Part shown: piece after piece, positions 27,178-40,949 of the stretch
How positions within the stretch are numbered: position 1 is the first letter of the stretch
Layout of the letters: each line of letters begins with the position of its first letter
Source: Octopus vulgaris
Taxonomy: Eukaryota
Length of the DNA: 64,000 nucleotides
NCBI GenBank assembly: GCA_951406725.2
Contig: OX597822.1
Span: 67,146,001-67,210,000, forward strand
Reading direction: 5' to 3'
Made by a program: the position numbers and the translations under genes
The notes under the pieces: model-generated
What the model was told of the DNA's origin: nothing
The model's input: only the letters and a program-made list of their open reading frames with translations
Databases searched by the model: none

Positions 27178-27753
27178 AAAATAATGTGTGTGTATATTGG
27201 TTTCAAGTATGTTCTTTGGATGATTTATGTTACGTGTGAGATGTAATACACACATTAGCATATTTACTAATTCTCTTAATGTAGGTGAATACATGTTTTT
27301 CAAGCATCCAACTTCCTATGCTCAGGATATTCATCGGAATGTAAGTTGATCTACATACAGATATGAACGCAGTTATAAGCACAAAGATGCTGTGTTATAT
27401 AATTGCAAAAAGACAACAACTGTAATTTACGTAAATATTATGCAATATTTTGAGATTAAACAAGCTTGAATTAAGGCATGGAGTATGCGTGACATAGAGT
27501 GCTCTAGTTCCGGGGATTGAGAAGATTGGAACATTGATATAATCTACGATAAAAGGATAGGGATTATAGGAGGTCAAATGCTTGAAGATGTTTTAGGATT
27601 GGATGTAAAAGCAAGTTTCAGTACCAATACAGCAAAATTACTATCAATGGCTTTAGGTTTCTTTACACATTAACATCATTTACAATTAACACATCTCCAT
27701 TACAATATAAAGTAGCGAGGGCCAGATCTTATATACATATGTGTGTGTGCGTG

Positions 27754-27846
<93 letters not shown>

Positions 27847-29322
27847 GCGTACATATGTATTTGAAACAGTAACGGAAGACATTGAAGATTCTTATATCCG
27901 GTACATATTTGCTTGAAAGAGTATGACATCATAAGACAATATAAGTTAAGATGGCGAAGATTTCCTGACTTCCGGTGATTTCAAAGATGCTTTGAACGCT
28001 CATTTGACATCGATCTGGGTGTATTTCTCTGTATGTATGTGTATAACTATGTTCATGTCAGCGTTTAAACCATCTGTGTGTTTCAATATTTGTATATATG
28101 TACGTGTCTACATATGTTTGTGTATGTGTGTGTGTGTGTATATGGACGGAGTGTATCGTTTCGTAGAAGCATTCATGTGTCACAATATGCCGTGTGCATG
28201 AATATGTACACTTATATGTATCTATCTACATTTTTGTTTGTGTGTGCTTGTGTGTAAGTATACATAGATTCATCTATGTATGTGGGTATAGTTGAGCGAA
28301 AATGTGTGAGCACGTATGTTACAAGAATCTGGAACTAATTTGGCCAACCAATACTGTAGACTCAGCACAATTAGTGCATTTCATTGAATAGTTCCATTTA
28401 CGAATTGCTAGTAGGAATTTAAAGAAATTTTGGACAAGATCCACTTGGCCTCTAACCAGAAAGCATAATGCAAGCAAGTAGCCGTAGAGGCGGATGCGAC
28501 AAGTTGCAGAACATGCTTCTATCAAACACATTGTTTGCTTAATGCAACGATTGTTTATGCACACCGGAGAAATACATACGCACCACTCACAGAGTCAAAT
28601 ACGCAAGCACGCATTTACACACGAACCAGATAAGAAAACTGGACATAGTCGCTGGGGTTGCTAAAAACCAGTAACTAAATTTCTCTCATATGTCATCTCA
28701 ATGAGTTTAAAAAGCAAAGACATACGAGTATTTGATAGTGCAGTTAAATGAAATTAAGGAATTGTTACTTAGTTCAATTATATACAGGTCCTGAAAGTCT
28801 TCAGATTTTCAAAGGAAATGAAATAAAATAGAATGAAATTATATAGTATAAAATAAAGTAAATTATATACGTTATTACATTCAATAGTATTATACCTGTC
28901 CTCTCACACATACGTACATACATGAATGGCGTTTAAATTTTACGATGGGTCTTACGATAGAAATTTATTTGATGTAGTCTTGAAACGCCATTTGTGTTTA
29001 CTTCTTCTACTTGCGCAACACCAAGGACACATCCCTGTACTGGATCTATGGTTTAAATTGGATTTGGTACTTGCATGTCTCCGGCATCGTACTAACACTT
29101 GATACTTTCAATGTTGTTTGTCCCTCAGCGAGCTCTCTGTTGTGTTAGCCATTGTTGGCATGCGTCTTACGAGTTGATGTGCTTACGAGTTGGCTCTTAT
29201 AATCCCTCATAACTAAAATCACAAACACACGCACGCAGATACACGCAAACACAGACACACACATGCACACACACAAATACAAACACATATACAAACACAC
29301 ATCATATACACATGTATAATAT

Positions 29323-29355
<33 letters not shown>

Positions 29356-29452
29356 GTTACATATGTATACATGTAATAAAGTATTCCTTTTCTAATAATA
29401 TATACTTGTGCATATCGTAGTTTACCAAATATATATGCGTGTGTGTGTGTAT

Positions 29453-29485
<33 letters not shown>

Positions 29486-29619
29486 CCCTGACTTCATCAA
29501 TTACACCTATTACTTGTTACACCTAGAAGGCACAAGATATTCGCCTATTTGTTTAGAATGCGCGCACTGTTTTCCGTTCTTCTGCATTATGTATATATAT
29601 ATATATTTGATTTTGATTT

Positions 29620-29666
29620 TCGATTTTTCCAGTTTCAGCTCATGAGCTGTGGCCATGCTGGGGCAA
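29620..29666 (-). mobile_element. Very short 3' tail of the CR1/L2-group LINE
   Basis: AGTTTCAGCTCATGAGCTGTGGCCATGCTGGGGCA is nearly identical to 2371-2405. Confidence 0.75.
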
Positions 29667-30579
29667 TATATATATATATAAACAAAACAAAAAATAGAAC
29701 AAGAACGTAGCAGGCGACAACAAAACATGCGAACAGTTACACGATACAAAAATAAACAAGAAAAATCAAGGACGGGTCATTCGGAGCTTTCAATCTTCAG
29801 TCGAGTACCAGATCGTCCTAGCAGTTTCGGCCGGTTACACCCGAGACTGCTCTAATCTCGCCGGTTTCCAAGAAAATCGAAGCTAAGAGCACTAGATTTG
29901 GAAGAAGGCAAGCGAATGTATACGAAAACAAGGACGAAAAAATGGAGAAATAGTACACAATTACGAATACAAACAACAAGACATAAACAACAGGTGCTTT
30001 TCGACTAAAGACGAATTAAATTAAGCTGGTCTGTGCGGCCGTGAAGCGTTATGACAGGAACATATAAGCTGAAAGTCATTGGAATGAATAGAAGAGATGC
30101 TACACGGATGGCAGTCGGACCACGAAAGAAAGGTCAGGCATGGCCGAACACCGGTCACGTCAAAGGAGAGGCGAGAGGTAGGGGTAGAGGGATTGAAGAA
30201 TTTATATATATATATATATATATATAACAGAAAGGTAAAGAAAGTAGATATTGTCTTAAAAGTGTCTGTAAATTTAAGCAGGTGAATATCAGTAGATTTC
30301 TCTCCATCGATAAATTTCTCCCCATACGTTGAAGAGCGCCTTTGTCTTTCACGAAAAGGAGAAGCATGCAACACTTCAGTTCACTTGATTGAGTTCTCTG
30401 CTTCATATAATTAAATGCTTTCTTGGAGATAATTAAGGACTAGGCAATTTTTATTTCAATTAGTATTTCCAATATTGATATCATTATACTAAGATATCAC
30501 ATGTATTTTAATAGATTTGTTTATTTCGTAGTTAAAGGCAAAGATCAGAGATATCTTATATAATTGGCAACATATATTT

Positions 30580-31749
30580 ATATATATAAAACTGAGAATG
30601 TCTGTCTGTGTGTTTCCCTAAAACTTGAGAACTACACAACCAATTTCATACAAATTTTACACATGCTTTACTTAGTGTCCGGGGAGTGTCATCGGCAAAA
30701 AAAGTTTTTAACTTTTTGCCTAGTTTTACCTAGGGCGAGTCCACAACAATATCATATCTTCTCCACTACGATTTCCTAAAACTTGAGAACTACACAACCA
30801 ATTTCATTCAAATTTTACAAATGCCTTACTTAGGGTCCATGTAGTTTCATGGGCAAAGGAAAATGTTCAACTTCTTGCCTAGAGCGAGCCCATAGCATTA
30901 TCATATCCTCTCTACTATTTCAGTATTACGTGTTAAAAGTGAAACAAAAACGTTTCTCTATTTTATGTCAGATACTTTCACTTCAACAGTAAAAATAATA
31001 ATAACAATTGAATTATATGTAGTAAGTAATAATTAAAATCAAACTAAAGTATAATATAATCGTAACATAACAAAAGTAAAAATAGCAATTGGTATAAAAT
31101 TGCATCAATGACTTGAACTTGAATAAGTGGTTTCACATGAATGGGAATAAATTAAAAATAAAATTAGCGTGCAGAAATGGAATAGTCCAGATGGATAATA
31201 AATAATTAAATTAAAGGAAAGACTATTGGCTATGAAGTATACAATGTAGAGAAAAAAGAAGATTTGAACACATGGAGGAAAGCACCTTCGAAAAGTGTCT
31301 TGGTGCGACTATGAAAGATATCTAACTAGAGGCGGTAAATTCGCCACAATAGAAGAAAAGTTCGAGAAAAGAGGGAGTACTCGACTCGAAATTGCAAAGT
31401 GGAAATATTTTATTTTTACCTTTATATCTGGGACGTAGGACGTGCCGGAAAAAACTTTAAAATGTCCCCTCCCCCAGAAGTAGAGGTAGGCTGGATTGGA
31501 GCCACACATCTATACAGGAGGGAGGACAAGATACAATTGATCGAAATTACGAGAGACGGGCTAACAATTCCAGTCTGTTATATATTTGAGTATTGTTATC
31601 ACTAGCGATATCAAGATATAACTTTGTATTTTGTATTTTATGTGTAGATGTATATATATATAGATGTACATGTAGTATGTACACATATATATACACATAT
31701 ATACATGCACTAGCACTATGACCCGGTAACGACGGGTCTTTAATGCTAG
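30580..31749 (+). mobile_element. Non-autonomous Helitron-like element
   Basis: 5' TATATATAAAACTGAGAATGTCTGTCTG...ACCAATTTCATACAAATTTT; ~157 bp internal tandem duplication (30614/30771); 3' hairpin GACCCG..CGGGTC followed by CTAG|T at 31746-31750. Confidence 0.7.
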
Positions 31750-32015
31750 TATATATATATAAATATATGTATATATATATATATATATAGATAAGAAAGT
31801 TTGAACGATAACTCCATGCAATATAAATATAACGTCACAAGAAATTTGAAAAGCTACACGCGAAACCGGTAATTTCTTTAAAAATTTTAAAATTATGTCA
31901 TTTTAAGGAAAGGAAAAAAATTTTTCCAATATTCTCCAGACATTTTGACACAAATATATATATTTTTTAACATTTAAGCCTTCTGTCGTTTTTTCACTCT
32001 TTACTATTTTCTTAT

Positions 32016-32077
<62 letters not shown>

Positions 32078-32902
32078 TTGGTGTTGCGGTTTGTGAATTG
32101 CCTGGATTGGACATCATAGATGCAGAATATATTCTGCTATACGACGTTTTGTCTGAATTGTGATGATGATTCCTTCTTCTTTTTGGGCATTACTATTGAC
32201 TAAAAAATTGATGGGAGTGTGGCAGGTATCAGCCGAAGGTATATATAAATCAACCATATGTGTATTGTCCGAAGAGCATGTATTGAATTGAAGAGGTCCT
32301 TGCTTCATATCTGAGGGAAGACGCCCCTCATTCCAACGTTTCAAGTGTTTATATTCGGATATAAAGTGAATGTTTTGTTTATCGATTACTTCAGCGAAAC
32401 GAATATTCACCTTCGATTTTATTTACAATATCTGGCAGTGCTTATCACAGAAGTAACCAAATCAGGTTCAAACGTGTCTGACGATTAGCATACGACATTC
32501 CGGACACGTTCCGTTTTATGACACATAAAATTCTCTGTGACACAATATTACAACTAGTGTTGTTCAAGATTTATATATACATTACATGTGGTAGTCACAT
32601 CATTATTATTATTTTTATATTTTTGGCGAAATGTTAGTGCGTCGAACAATATGCTATGTAGGATTTGTTCAGGCTCTTTACGTTCTGAATTCACATTCCT
32701 TCGAATTCACCTTTGACTTTCTTCCTTTCGGGGTTGGGAAAAGAAAAAAAACACTGAGGTTAAAGTAATCGGGTTACCCCACCCGCAGTGCTGGCCATGG
32801 GTAATTTTAATCACCTTGCTGGCATTGTGCCAAGATTTTTAAAAGTGTTAGTATTAGGTTTAATAATATTGTTTCTGTTTTATTTTGTTACTGATATAAT
32901 TA

Positions 32903-33220
32903 TGAAGGCGTGTTGCTTAGTGGTTACGGTTATTCGACACCCGATCGTTAGGTCATGAGTTCGATCACCAGTGACACGACGTGTCTCTTAACAGCATAAA
33001 TTATTTTCCCGTTGCTCCAGTCAACTAAAAATGAGTTGTACTTTTAATTTTAAAATGCCAGCCTTGTCCCATTCCATATCATGCTGATTCTCCTTAAGAA
33101 TTGTAGTGAGTGCATCCGTGTTTGTGGAGTGCTCAGCTATTTGCGCGTTAATTTCCCGAGTAGCCTTTTCCTTTGCTCTAATTAACTGGAGCAATTATCG
33201 TCGAAACCGACGGAATGCCA
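32903..33220 (+). mobile_element. Degraded tRNA-headed SINE (family C-related, same subfamily as 59270-59445)
   Basis: TGAAGGCGTGTTGCTTAGTGG..GAGTTCGATCACC head and CGTTAATTTCCCGAG..TCGTCGAAACCGACGGA tail match the 59.3 kb copy. Confidence 0.7.
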
Positions 33221-33339
33221 CTTGTTACTGTTATAATAACTAAAATTAGCTTTTTGCTTATTTTTCTTCCGGATTCATATATTTTTAGCAGAGCTTGCAA
33301 CATGTAAAAGTAAGCTAGGTAAAGAAATGTTGAGTCCAT

Positions 33340-34300
33340 AATCACCTTATGCGGGGTTTTTTCCCCTCTCAACTTTATAGATTTAAATTAGGTTTATATC
33401 CATACTTCTAATATTGATAAATTACATGTGCAAATGTTTCCAAATTTTGATTTCTACTTTGAACTAAGTTATAGCTTGTCACTGATTGTGGTTACATTTC
33501 GTATCATTATAAACACGTTTGTCAATGACACGTTAATTGCAATATCAAATTTGAAATAAGAATAATTCATACATTCGTGCGCTTTGATCCTCAGGCTACC
33601 GTCACCAGGAATTTTAATATCAATTATTTCACATCTTCTTAATGATTATGTTTCCTTACAGCAATATGGGATGCCATATTATCTTTCTTTTACTTGTAAT
33701 TCCGGTGCTGAAGCTGCTCAAATACAGGTAACTCTAAGGGGAGCTATCTGATATACACGATATTCCTCTTTTTACCTTTTAGATTTTAGAAGAGTTAGGA
33801 TAAAATTGTCAATCACTTTTCCATTTTTAGTAAGTTAAGTTACAATATGGAAGGGACTTAGTATCACTTTCAAGCATTTTATCAAACTTATACAAACTTT
33901 CTTGCAGCCACAAATTTTTTATCCCACTGATTTGATAATGACGTTACAAAGAATTCTGATGACATTAAAATCAGTCACACCGGTTTTGCGTTCTCCACAT
34001 TTCTCCATCATTTATTATAAAACTCCTTCAGTAAAATTCTGAAGGTTGCAATCCGTTCGGTTTTAGTATCATTATCACTTATATATTTCCTTCTAAATAA
34101 ATTTAATTCATTTATTTGTATATGCAATTTCAGGTTATAAGAGATAATGGTGTCATTGAGACCCAAAGGTGTCAGGTAATGCTGAATAAGTGCTATAGAC
34201 AGACCATAAGTTAAGTTCCAGATTCGGTAATATTGCGAATAAAGGGTTCAACGTTGGTTCTATGTCAGCGTGTAAACCTTTGACTCTACAACACTGTATA
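33340..34300 (-). mobile_element. Possible highly degraded Penelope-like coding remnant with N-terminal endonuclease order (Naiad-like)
   Basis: Minus-strand peptides YLTPLGLND (34152-34178, like a GIY-YIG C-terminal PxGLND) precede KFGNICTCNLSIL (33411-33447, like the GHxxTGDLxII linker); many stops and frameshifts. Confidence 0.3.
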
Positions 34301-34486
34301 CAAATTCCCTACTGGGAATGACCAAGTTTAAAAATCTGCTTATAAACTCTATATTTGGAAGGACTCATAGTAAGCTCTGTTGGACTTTTGGATTTTATTC
34401 AAACGATATTGGGATATTGGAATATCGCATATATACCATTACGCCTACAAAACGGATTTACAACTTCAATACACATACAATCTGAC

Positions 34487-34675
34487 ATCTGTATTCTTTC
34501 CTCCTCCTCACTCTCTATTTTATATCACATCTAAACTAACTATGACATAATTTTCCTCTCACACCGTCTCCAATGAAGGGATATAATAAATATCATAGAA
34601 ACAGCTGTAAAACCTTCTATCTATAAATTTTATAATATCTATACAGCCTTGGTTTTTTATCTTATTACACATAAA
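34487..34675 (+). mobile_element. Penelope pseudo-LTR-like repeat with a decayed hammerhead motif
   Basis: Homologous to the reverse complement of 57808-58003; CCAATGA-AGGGATAT..ATATCATA-GAAACAGCTGTA. Confidence 0.65.
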
Positions 34676-35051
34676 TTCTTATATGCAATTTCACTAATTT
34701 TGCCAAACGTTTTCTACACACTGGGGTTCCAGGACTTTTAAGCTATGTCTAAATGGGTTTCGGTTACTCTTTTTCCGCTGTTTTACAAGCAGGTTATAGG
34801 TCTGAATTTCTTATGTATGTTTGTTTATACGTTTGCTTTTCTAGCCATTTGCTTCTCAAGTTAAAATATTTCATCTTTCATCAACTTTTCGGAAAGTGAT
34901 CATAAGCTGTTCCGCAGGTAACCTGCTACATTAAAATCATCGTTAGAAGATAATACCTGGCAAAAAGAAGAAATAAAAAAAAAACAGAATACGCTTCCTT
35001 TAGTTTTACCGGAGCTTCGATACTACTAATGTGACTTTTCAGCAGGGCGCT

Positions 35052-35117
<66 letters not shown>

Positions 35118-35518
35118 TGCATACATGGGTGTGTGTGTTTATATATATATGGAAAAACAAAGAGGAAGGCAGGTGTAGGAACGACAAACAAGTGTATTAG
35201 TTTGATGCTAGGGAAAAATGGAAAAATCTTTTACGTGCCGAGCCCACACTCTTCGACAGCAAGGGATAAGAGGAAAGAAATAGAAAGAGAATGGAAAAAA
35301 TACGTTAAGTGCAGTGGTTCAACGTGTGTGTATATATATATATATATATATGGGCACAAAAACTCCCGCATACATACACACATACATACACATATACAAT
35401 GTATGCATACATTCACACCTTCATGCTTATATACATACATAGATACATACATACATGCATATACACATACAGACATACAGACATACATATACACACACGC
35501 ATACATATACACATTTAA

Positions 35519-35555
<37 letters not shown>

Positions 35556-36755
35556 CACACGGGCTTCACTCAACTTCCGTCCAGCAAATCCACTCACACA
35601 ACATTTGCCCGAGGTACCTCATTGTGGGGCTGAAAGCGAAAATATATGGTTAGGTTGGGAAGCAAACTTCGGATCTGCCTACACACACACACACATATAT
35701 GTGTGTGTGTATAAAAAAAATACGTGCGTCTGTGTATATATATACATATATACATATGTGCGTGTGTTTATATATATATATATATATGTGTGTGTATGTG
35801 TGTGTATGTGTGTGTATGTATGTATTTATGTATGTATGTTTGTATGTATGTATGCATTTATATATGTTTGTATGTCTATGATTTATATAGATATTCCGTG
35901 TCTTATCGTGTCTTCCTCTCTGGGATAACATTTGTTTACGCTTTCAATTTCAGTATTCCTCTAAAACCCCTCAAAGCGAACGTCCATGTTTCACAGCGTA
36001 TCTTTACAACATACATACATTTAAACAATGTTGTGAATCTTCTGAGACGTTCGTTCCAAAATTTATTACAGGTAATTTTACTTTATCTTCTCTCCCAGTA
36101 ACATACCAAATTATTTGTAACCTAACGCACCGACTTGTTACGTTTTTTCTGATAATCGTATCTTATTCCTTTCGAATATCTATTTCCTAATCAACATTCC
36201 ATACATTTTATTTCTTAGTTTTACGGCAATATATTCCTTCACTTAGATTGTTTTATGTTTACAGTATTAAGTAGATGTGTTGTTCGTATTTTCAAATACT
36301 CATATTTAATATACATCATCTATAAAATAGTAAACAAATGTCAGATACGTATCATAACGTCAGATTCCATTATTGGTCCAAACACGTGCCGTACATCATC
36401 AGATTAGCTTTATTTCGTTGGTCTTATCGATGTTTCCTCTCCATGCTGCTTAGAACTTTTGATATTCTTAATGTTTGTAGCGTTCCGTTATCCACGAATA
36501 AAGTATCAACAGAACAAGCCTTTCAAAATAATTGCTGATATTGCGGTCTTTTTATTTTTAATGCCATCTACAGAAAACTGGTGTTTTCCATATCTTTCAA
36601 AAGTGAGGTTGCAAATCTGTATACTTTACTGGGTATTTGTTTGGCATTATTTGTAGTAAAGTCTAGTCCCCCATCACCTACATGCATACATACATAAGTA
36701 TGTGTGTGTGTGTGTGTGTGTGTGTACATATGAATATATTTATATATATATATAT

Positions 36756-36879
36756 ATTAGAAAAAATAAGGTACTCAGAAATCTGGCTGCAAGCGCATGA
36801 TTTATAAAAACATGTAACATTAATAAAAATCGGTAAATGTAAAACCATCCAGATTTCTTTGTACCTTATTTTTTCTAAT
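36756..36879. repeat. Short fold-back (31 bp arms) in a (TA)n context
   Basis: ATTAGAAAAAATAAGGTACTCAGAAATCTGG / CCAGATTTCTTTGTACCTTATTTTTTCTAAT. Confidence 0.75.
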
Positions 36880-37058
36880 ATATAATATATGTACATCACC
36901 TCCAAACTTTCTAATATACATACATACACACACGCACACACATATATATATATACATATATATGTATATATGTATGTATGTATGTATGTATATGTATATA
37001 TGTATTCTTTTACTATTTTACTTGTGCCAGTCATCTGACTTCGGCCGCGCTGGAGCAC

Positions 37059-37140
<82 letters not shown>

Positions 37141-37149
37141 TATACATAT

Positions 37150-37195
<46 letters not shown>

Positions 37196-37203
<8 letters not shown>

Positions 37204-37514
37204 ATATTTCGGAATGGTCATATTGCCAGTTTAGCCAATAAAAACACACGCACTATATATTTGGTGTTATTTTGCTTCAGTGATATTTATTTTTTACATT
37301 AATCTTAATCTTATTTCGGCCAAAGTTCTTTCGTCACACTCCTGTGACCGCATCAGTGGTCCTTTGTTTTCTTCTCACTTACTTGTGTCTCTCCTTACTA
37401 ACCGTCAGCCATTTTGTATTGGCTAAACTGGCAATATGACCATTCCGAAATATAACAATATCTGTTTCAACACACGACTTCACATAAAAAATCTTGCACA
37501 ACAAATATTTAAAC

Positions 37515-37516
<2 letters not shown>
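37196..37516. mobile_element. Inverted Penelope-like pseudo-LTR insertion, same family as 55578-57717
   Basis: 37196-37420 matches 55651-55874; 37417-37516 is the opposite orientation plus a ~60 nt extension; (TA)n on both flanks; hammerhead-like motif at 37318-37362 (-). Confidence 0.9.
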
Positions 37517-37547
<31 letters not shown>

Positions 37548-37552
<5 letters not shown>

Positions 37553-38070
37553 TGAACCACAATTGAACTGGATGTCCTACTGCACTGAGAGAAAGCTGAT
37601 ACAAGTGGAGACATGACAGTGTCTTTGCTGAAATCGCCAAATTGAGTGATGTGCAAAGGGCGAGGGCTATAAACATCAGCCACCACCAAGTGGAATCAAC
37701 TCACTAAAGGAAGCTGACAAAGCTTTCAAGGGCTAAACAATGTTAGGGGTCTCTTTTCTTGTTTAGCATTCAGCATCAGACTAGGAGTTGCAAGTGGACC
37801 TGCAGGGCAAACTTGTTTTCCCAGATGGGGGTAGTTGCAAGAGCACTCCAATTTCACAAGTTCAATCAGATTGGTTGCACTCGGAGTACCCTGGGAGGAC
37901 AGGCACAATATTTCCCACCGGATAAAGAGAACGAAAAGTCAGTCCCCATTGAGGTCGAGTGCCGCGGATTTCCAGCTGGGTCAATGCATTATTTCGTATA
38001 GAAGATAGTAAAAATCATCAAGGAGATAAGCACGGCAGCCGAAACTAGCACAAGTTGGCAATTGTATTCC
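37548..38070 (+). mobile_element. HERO/NeSL-like RLE retrotransposon fragment
   Basis: TLNHN*TGCPTAL..YKWRHDSV..ALGVPWEDR..PIEVECRGF resembles the YxWRH / ELTVPWE / PIEVGCRGF motifs. Confidence 0.7.
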
Positions 38071-38074
38071 CACC

Positions 38075-38147
<73 letters not shown>

Positions 38148-39228
38148 CATACAGGCACACACACTCTCTCTATCTCTCTCTCCCTCTGTCCCTTTCTCCT
38201 TTAATGAAAAATGAAGCTTCTGCAAAACATTCAAAGACTTATTGCAAACGTATCCACACGCCTTCATTTTTCGTATTGATTCTAAAGCACATAGTTTTGG
38301 AAATAATAATAATGAGAAGAAGAAGAAGAAGAAGAAGAAGAAGAAGAAGAAGAAGAAGAAGAAGAAGAAGAAGAAGAAGAAGAAGAAAGGGAAGGAGAAG
38401 AAGAATCATCGTCATCATCATTTTTTTCTAAAATCAGTTCAATGCCTGAAATTTTGGACGAGGTGTCTTGTCGATCACAACGGGCACGGTGCTCTACCAA
38501 AACCGATTTTATCGACCCTGAGAGTATGAACAGCGGAGGTGACATCTGAACATAAAACGTAAAGCTTGATCAAATGACAACTGGCATTTTGTCTGCTGTG
38601 CTAACGATTCTCACAGCTCACCACATTAATATTAATAATAATATTTTCTACCATGGACACAAGGCCTGAATGTTTGGGTTTAGGGGATAGTCGATTACAT
38701 CGACCCCAGTCCTCAACTAGTATTTATTCTATCGACCGCGAAGGACACAGTCAACCTCTGCGGAATTTGAACTCAGAACGTAAAGTTGGACGAAATGCCG
38801 CTAAGCGTTTTGTGTGGCGTGCTAATTATTCTACCAGGTCGCTGCCTTCATAGTAGTAATAATAATGGTTTTAGATTGTAGCACAAGGTCAGCGAGGTGA
38901 GGGATGAGGTAAGCCGATTACATCTACCTCGGTTTTCAACGACTATTTATTTTATCGAGCACGAAATGATGAATGTCCAACATGACCTCGGTGGAATTTG
39001 AACGCAGAACGTAATTGCGAAATTCCACTGAGCATATTGTCTTGCCTGGTAACTATTCAGTCAGATCGCTGTCTCTCGGCCAGGTCACCGGCACCTCCAA
39101 CTTTATTACTTATCTGAGAGAAATGCTACAATTCATTTTCTTCGATTCTCTTAGGATTCTGCGAGTCCCCTACGTTTAATGATTTCTGATTAGGTACAAG
39201 GAAAAGACTTTCAAGAATGAATTAATTA

Positions 39229-40949
39229 CACTGGTTTACAGAGAAATTGAAGTAAATATAAAAACAGTTGTTCTAGCTTAATTTTGGGGTGCTGATTTGA
39301 GATACAAAGCCAGTTTTGACTCATCACCTCTAGTTTTTAAGATATCCATCGTGATATTCACACACTGATAAGGGGTTACCACCCAGAAACCAGCAGATCT
39401 ATGTGTATCACGTAAGGCTAGCGATGGGAACGATGATTTCAGATCGCAAATACTAATCGGACACATAGTGTGTCGTTAGCCAGCTGGAGCAGATGTCCTC
39501 CTGGGGCTAAAACAAAAGTAGCATTGTCATCTATGGGACCGTCACTTCTGGTTGGCAATTATATTTTACGATTCCGTACAGCTACTGTTTACTTCTCGCT
39601 CAGAGATTTAATATTGTTTATTTCTCCTTTTCCATTATGATTTTGCGAAAGTTTACGTAAACATGTATATGGCCAATTTTTATTTTGTTCTCTACATTGG
39701 CTTCAGCTACCTCAAAACAGCAAGGCTGCATCAACAAGGCAAATTCATTCTGCTACATGTCTAGGGATTTCACGACATTTGCACAATGGGAACTGCTTAT
39801 TTTGGCTGTATAATTGGAGATCAGGAAAATCCAGGGTCCCACTCATCTGTTATAAACCCTGTAACAACGGACTAACCTCATGGTTTAATGGCAGGAAAGC
39901 AGCCTTCAACTTTGTTGGTCTGAAGAGAGCCATCATGCCATGCAGATGATTATAATTGTTGCCTAACAAATACAACAGGTTGCAATGTTTCTTCTAGAAA
40001 AAAGATCAAATAACCCAACATTCCTCAGCTGTGAAACCTGTTCCCCACTCAGATGATTTCCCTATCCCTACACTATCAAATAAGGATATTCTTCTTTCAT
40101 CAGATGCAGAAATGTGTCCAAGCACTACAAGCACTTTCGTACCTGGTGAACACAGTGTCCAAGAAAATCCTCTGGTTAATATGAACAAGGTGTTTCTTCT
40201 TCCTTTACATATCAAGCTTGGTTCAATGAAGAATTTTGTGAAGGCCATGATTAAAAGTGGCGCTGCCTTCTAACATTTGTGTACTCTCTTTCCAGTGCTG
40301 AGTCCTTTGAGAACTTTAAGGAGCTTAGCTTCTTACTTTAAATGAACTGAGAGTATGGGAAGCATTTAAGTCATATTTCCATGGCGTCCTTGATAACACG
40401 TGGTACTAGATTACCAAGAGTGTATCGAGAAGTTGTTAGTCTTCTGAAGATATGGAATGCTGAATGTCACTCAAAATTCACTTTCTCCACTCCCACCACA
40501 ACTCTTCCTTCCGAATCTCGGAGCAGTGAGTGATGAGCATGAAGAAATGCTCTACCAAGATATTACTAAGATAGAGAATAGCTACCAAGGAACCCCAGCA
40601 TGACGGGGACTTTTGCTGGATGTTCTTGCATGATATCCCAAAGGCAAAGTAGAGAAGATCGTCCAAAACACTCACTTCTGACTGTCCGCTGCACTATGAT
40701 TCGTGTGTATTGTACTTTCCAAGTGATTTAGTTCCATGAATGTTTTTTGTGTCTATGCTCTTTGTAACAGTTGAAATAAACATATATTTTGATTTTATAT
40801 GTATTAAAATTAAAATAGGATATGTGAAAGCAAACAAGCTAAAGGGGATAGAGCAACACTGTTCAGAAAACTGAATTCACTACATCAAAATTAGTAAAAT
40901 ACATCTATTCGCATCCTTGCCTCAGAGCAAAACAAAATGTAAACCTGTG
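39229..40949 (+). mobile_element. Chapaev3 (CMC superfamily) DNA transposon, internally deleted and degraded
   Basis: TIRs CACTGGTTTACA / TGTAAACCTGTG with TTA on both flanks (3-bp TWA TSD); peptides CINKANSFCY, AYFGCIIGDQ, KPVPHSDD, LPLHIKLGSMKNFVKAM, MSLKIHFLHSH, NLGAVSDEH. Confidence 0.85.
39360..39625 (+). mobile_element. Diverged copy of the 6.2-6.8 kb hammerhead repeat nested in Chapaev3
   Basis: CACACACTGATAAGGGG..ACCCAGAAAC..GCAAATACT..GTGTGTC..TAGCCAGCTGGAG..CTCAGAGATTTA is collinear with 6578-6835. Confidence 0.7.

Noticed and set aside
28290-28570. Possible zinc-knuckle remnant of a LINE
   Set aside because: It needs several frameshifts; the evidence is too weak.
29680-30200. Repeat-like segment between TA tracts containing CTGAAGA and GAAAC on -
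   Set aside because: I could not build consistent hammerhead stems or find coding motifs.
32114-32410. 98-aa non-repetitive ORF as a host exon or transposase piece (LYIPSADTC)
   Set aside because: No convincing family match and no supporting neighbouring exons.
35150-35325. Possible pseudo-LTR with hammerhead remnant on - (TCGAAGA-G..CTC-GGCACGTA)
   Set aside because: The GAAA box is broken and there is no second copy in the window to support it.
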